Shown here one piece after another: positions 6,869-7,064 of a stretch of DNA of 7,064 bases; position 1 is the first letter of the stretch; each line of letters begins with the position of its first letter. Both the position numbers and the translations under genes were made by a program. The DNA is from Octopus sinensis (Eukaryota): the NCBI RefSeq assembly GCF_006345805.1, contig NW_021829053.1, forward strand, positions 1 to 7,064, read 5' to 3'. The notes beneath the pieces are model-generated. The model was not told where the DNA came from. It saw only the letters and a program-made list of their open reading frames with translations, and did not search any database.

Positions 6869-7064
6869 TAATAGACTTGCCCCTACCACAAAATTTGCTA
6901 GCTTTGTTCCACAATTAGAACATTTATATTATGTCATTGAATTCTGTGAACCTGCTAACGATAGATTGCTGTGGTGTAAAAAATTTGTCACGGTCAATTT
7001 ACATCAAATACATAGCATAATAAAATTAAGGGAGAACGTAAAATATATATCTATACATACGTAC

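Overview
AT-rich, repeat-dense eukaryotic non-coding DNA (intron or intergenic). It is most likely from an octopus (coleoid cephalopod), judged by my recall of octopus SINE sequences and the microsatellite density; this is not database-verified. No protein-coding gene can be called, and nearly all supplied ORFs are translations of microsatellites or SINEs. The window holds a 391-bp non-autonomous Helitron with both termini, five clear tRNA-derived SINE copies in three families, one probable degraded SINE fragment and many simple repeats. Worth following up: two SINEs head-to-head across a palindrome (one with intact Pol III boxes and an early T4), inverted SINE pairs and an (AAT)n/(ATT)n quasi-palindrome that could form dsRNA, a candidate 54-nt exon with a strong acceptor, a compact G4 motif, and a stop-free frame at the window end with weak kinase-like wording. 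I do not see evidence for a new biological system; these are modest, testable leads.
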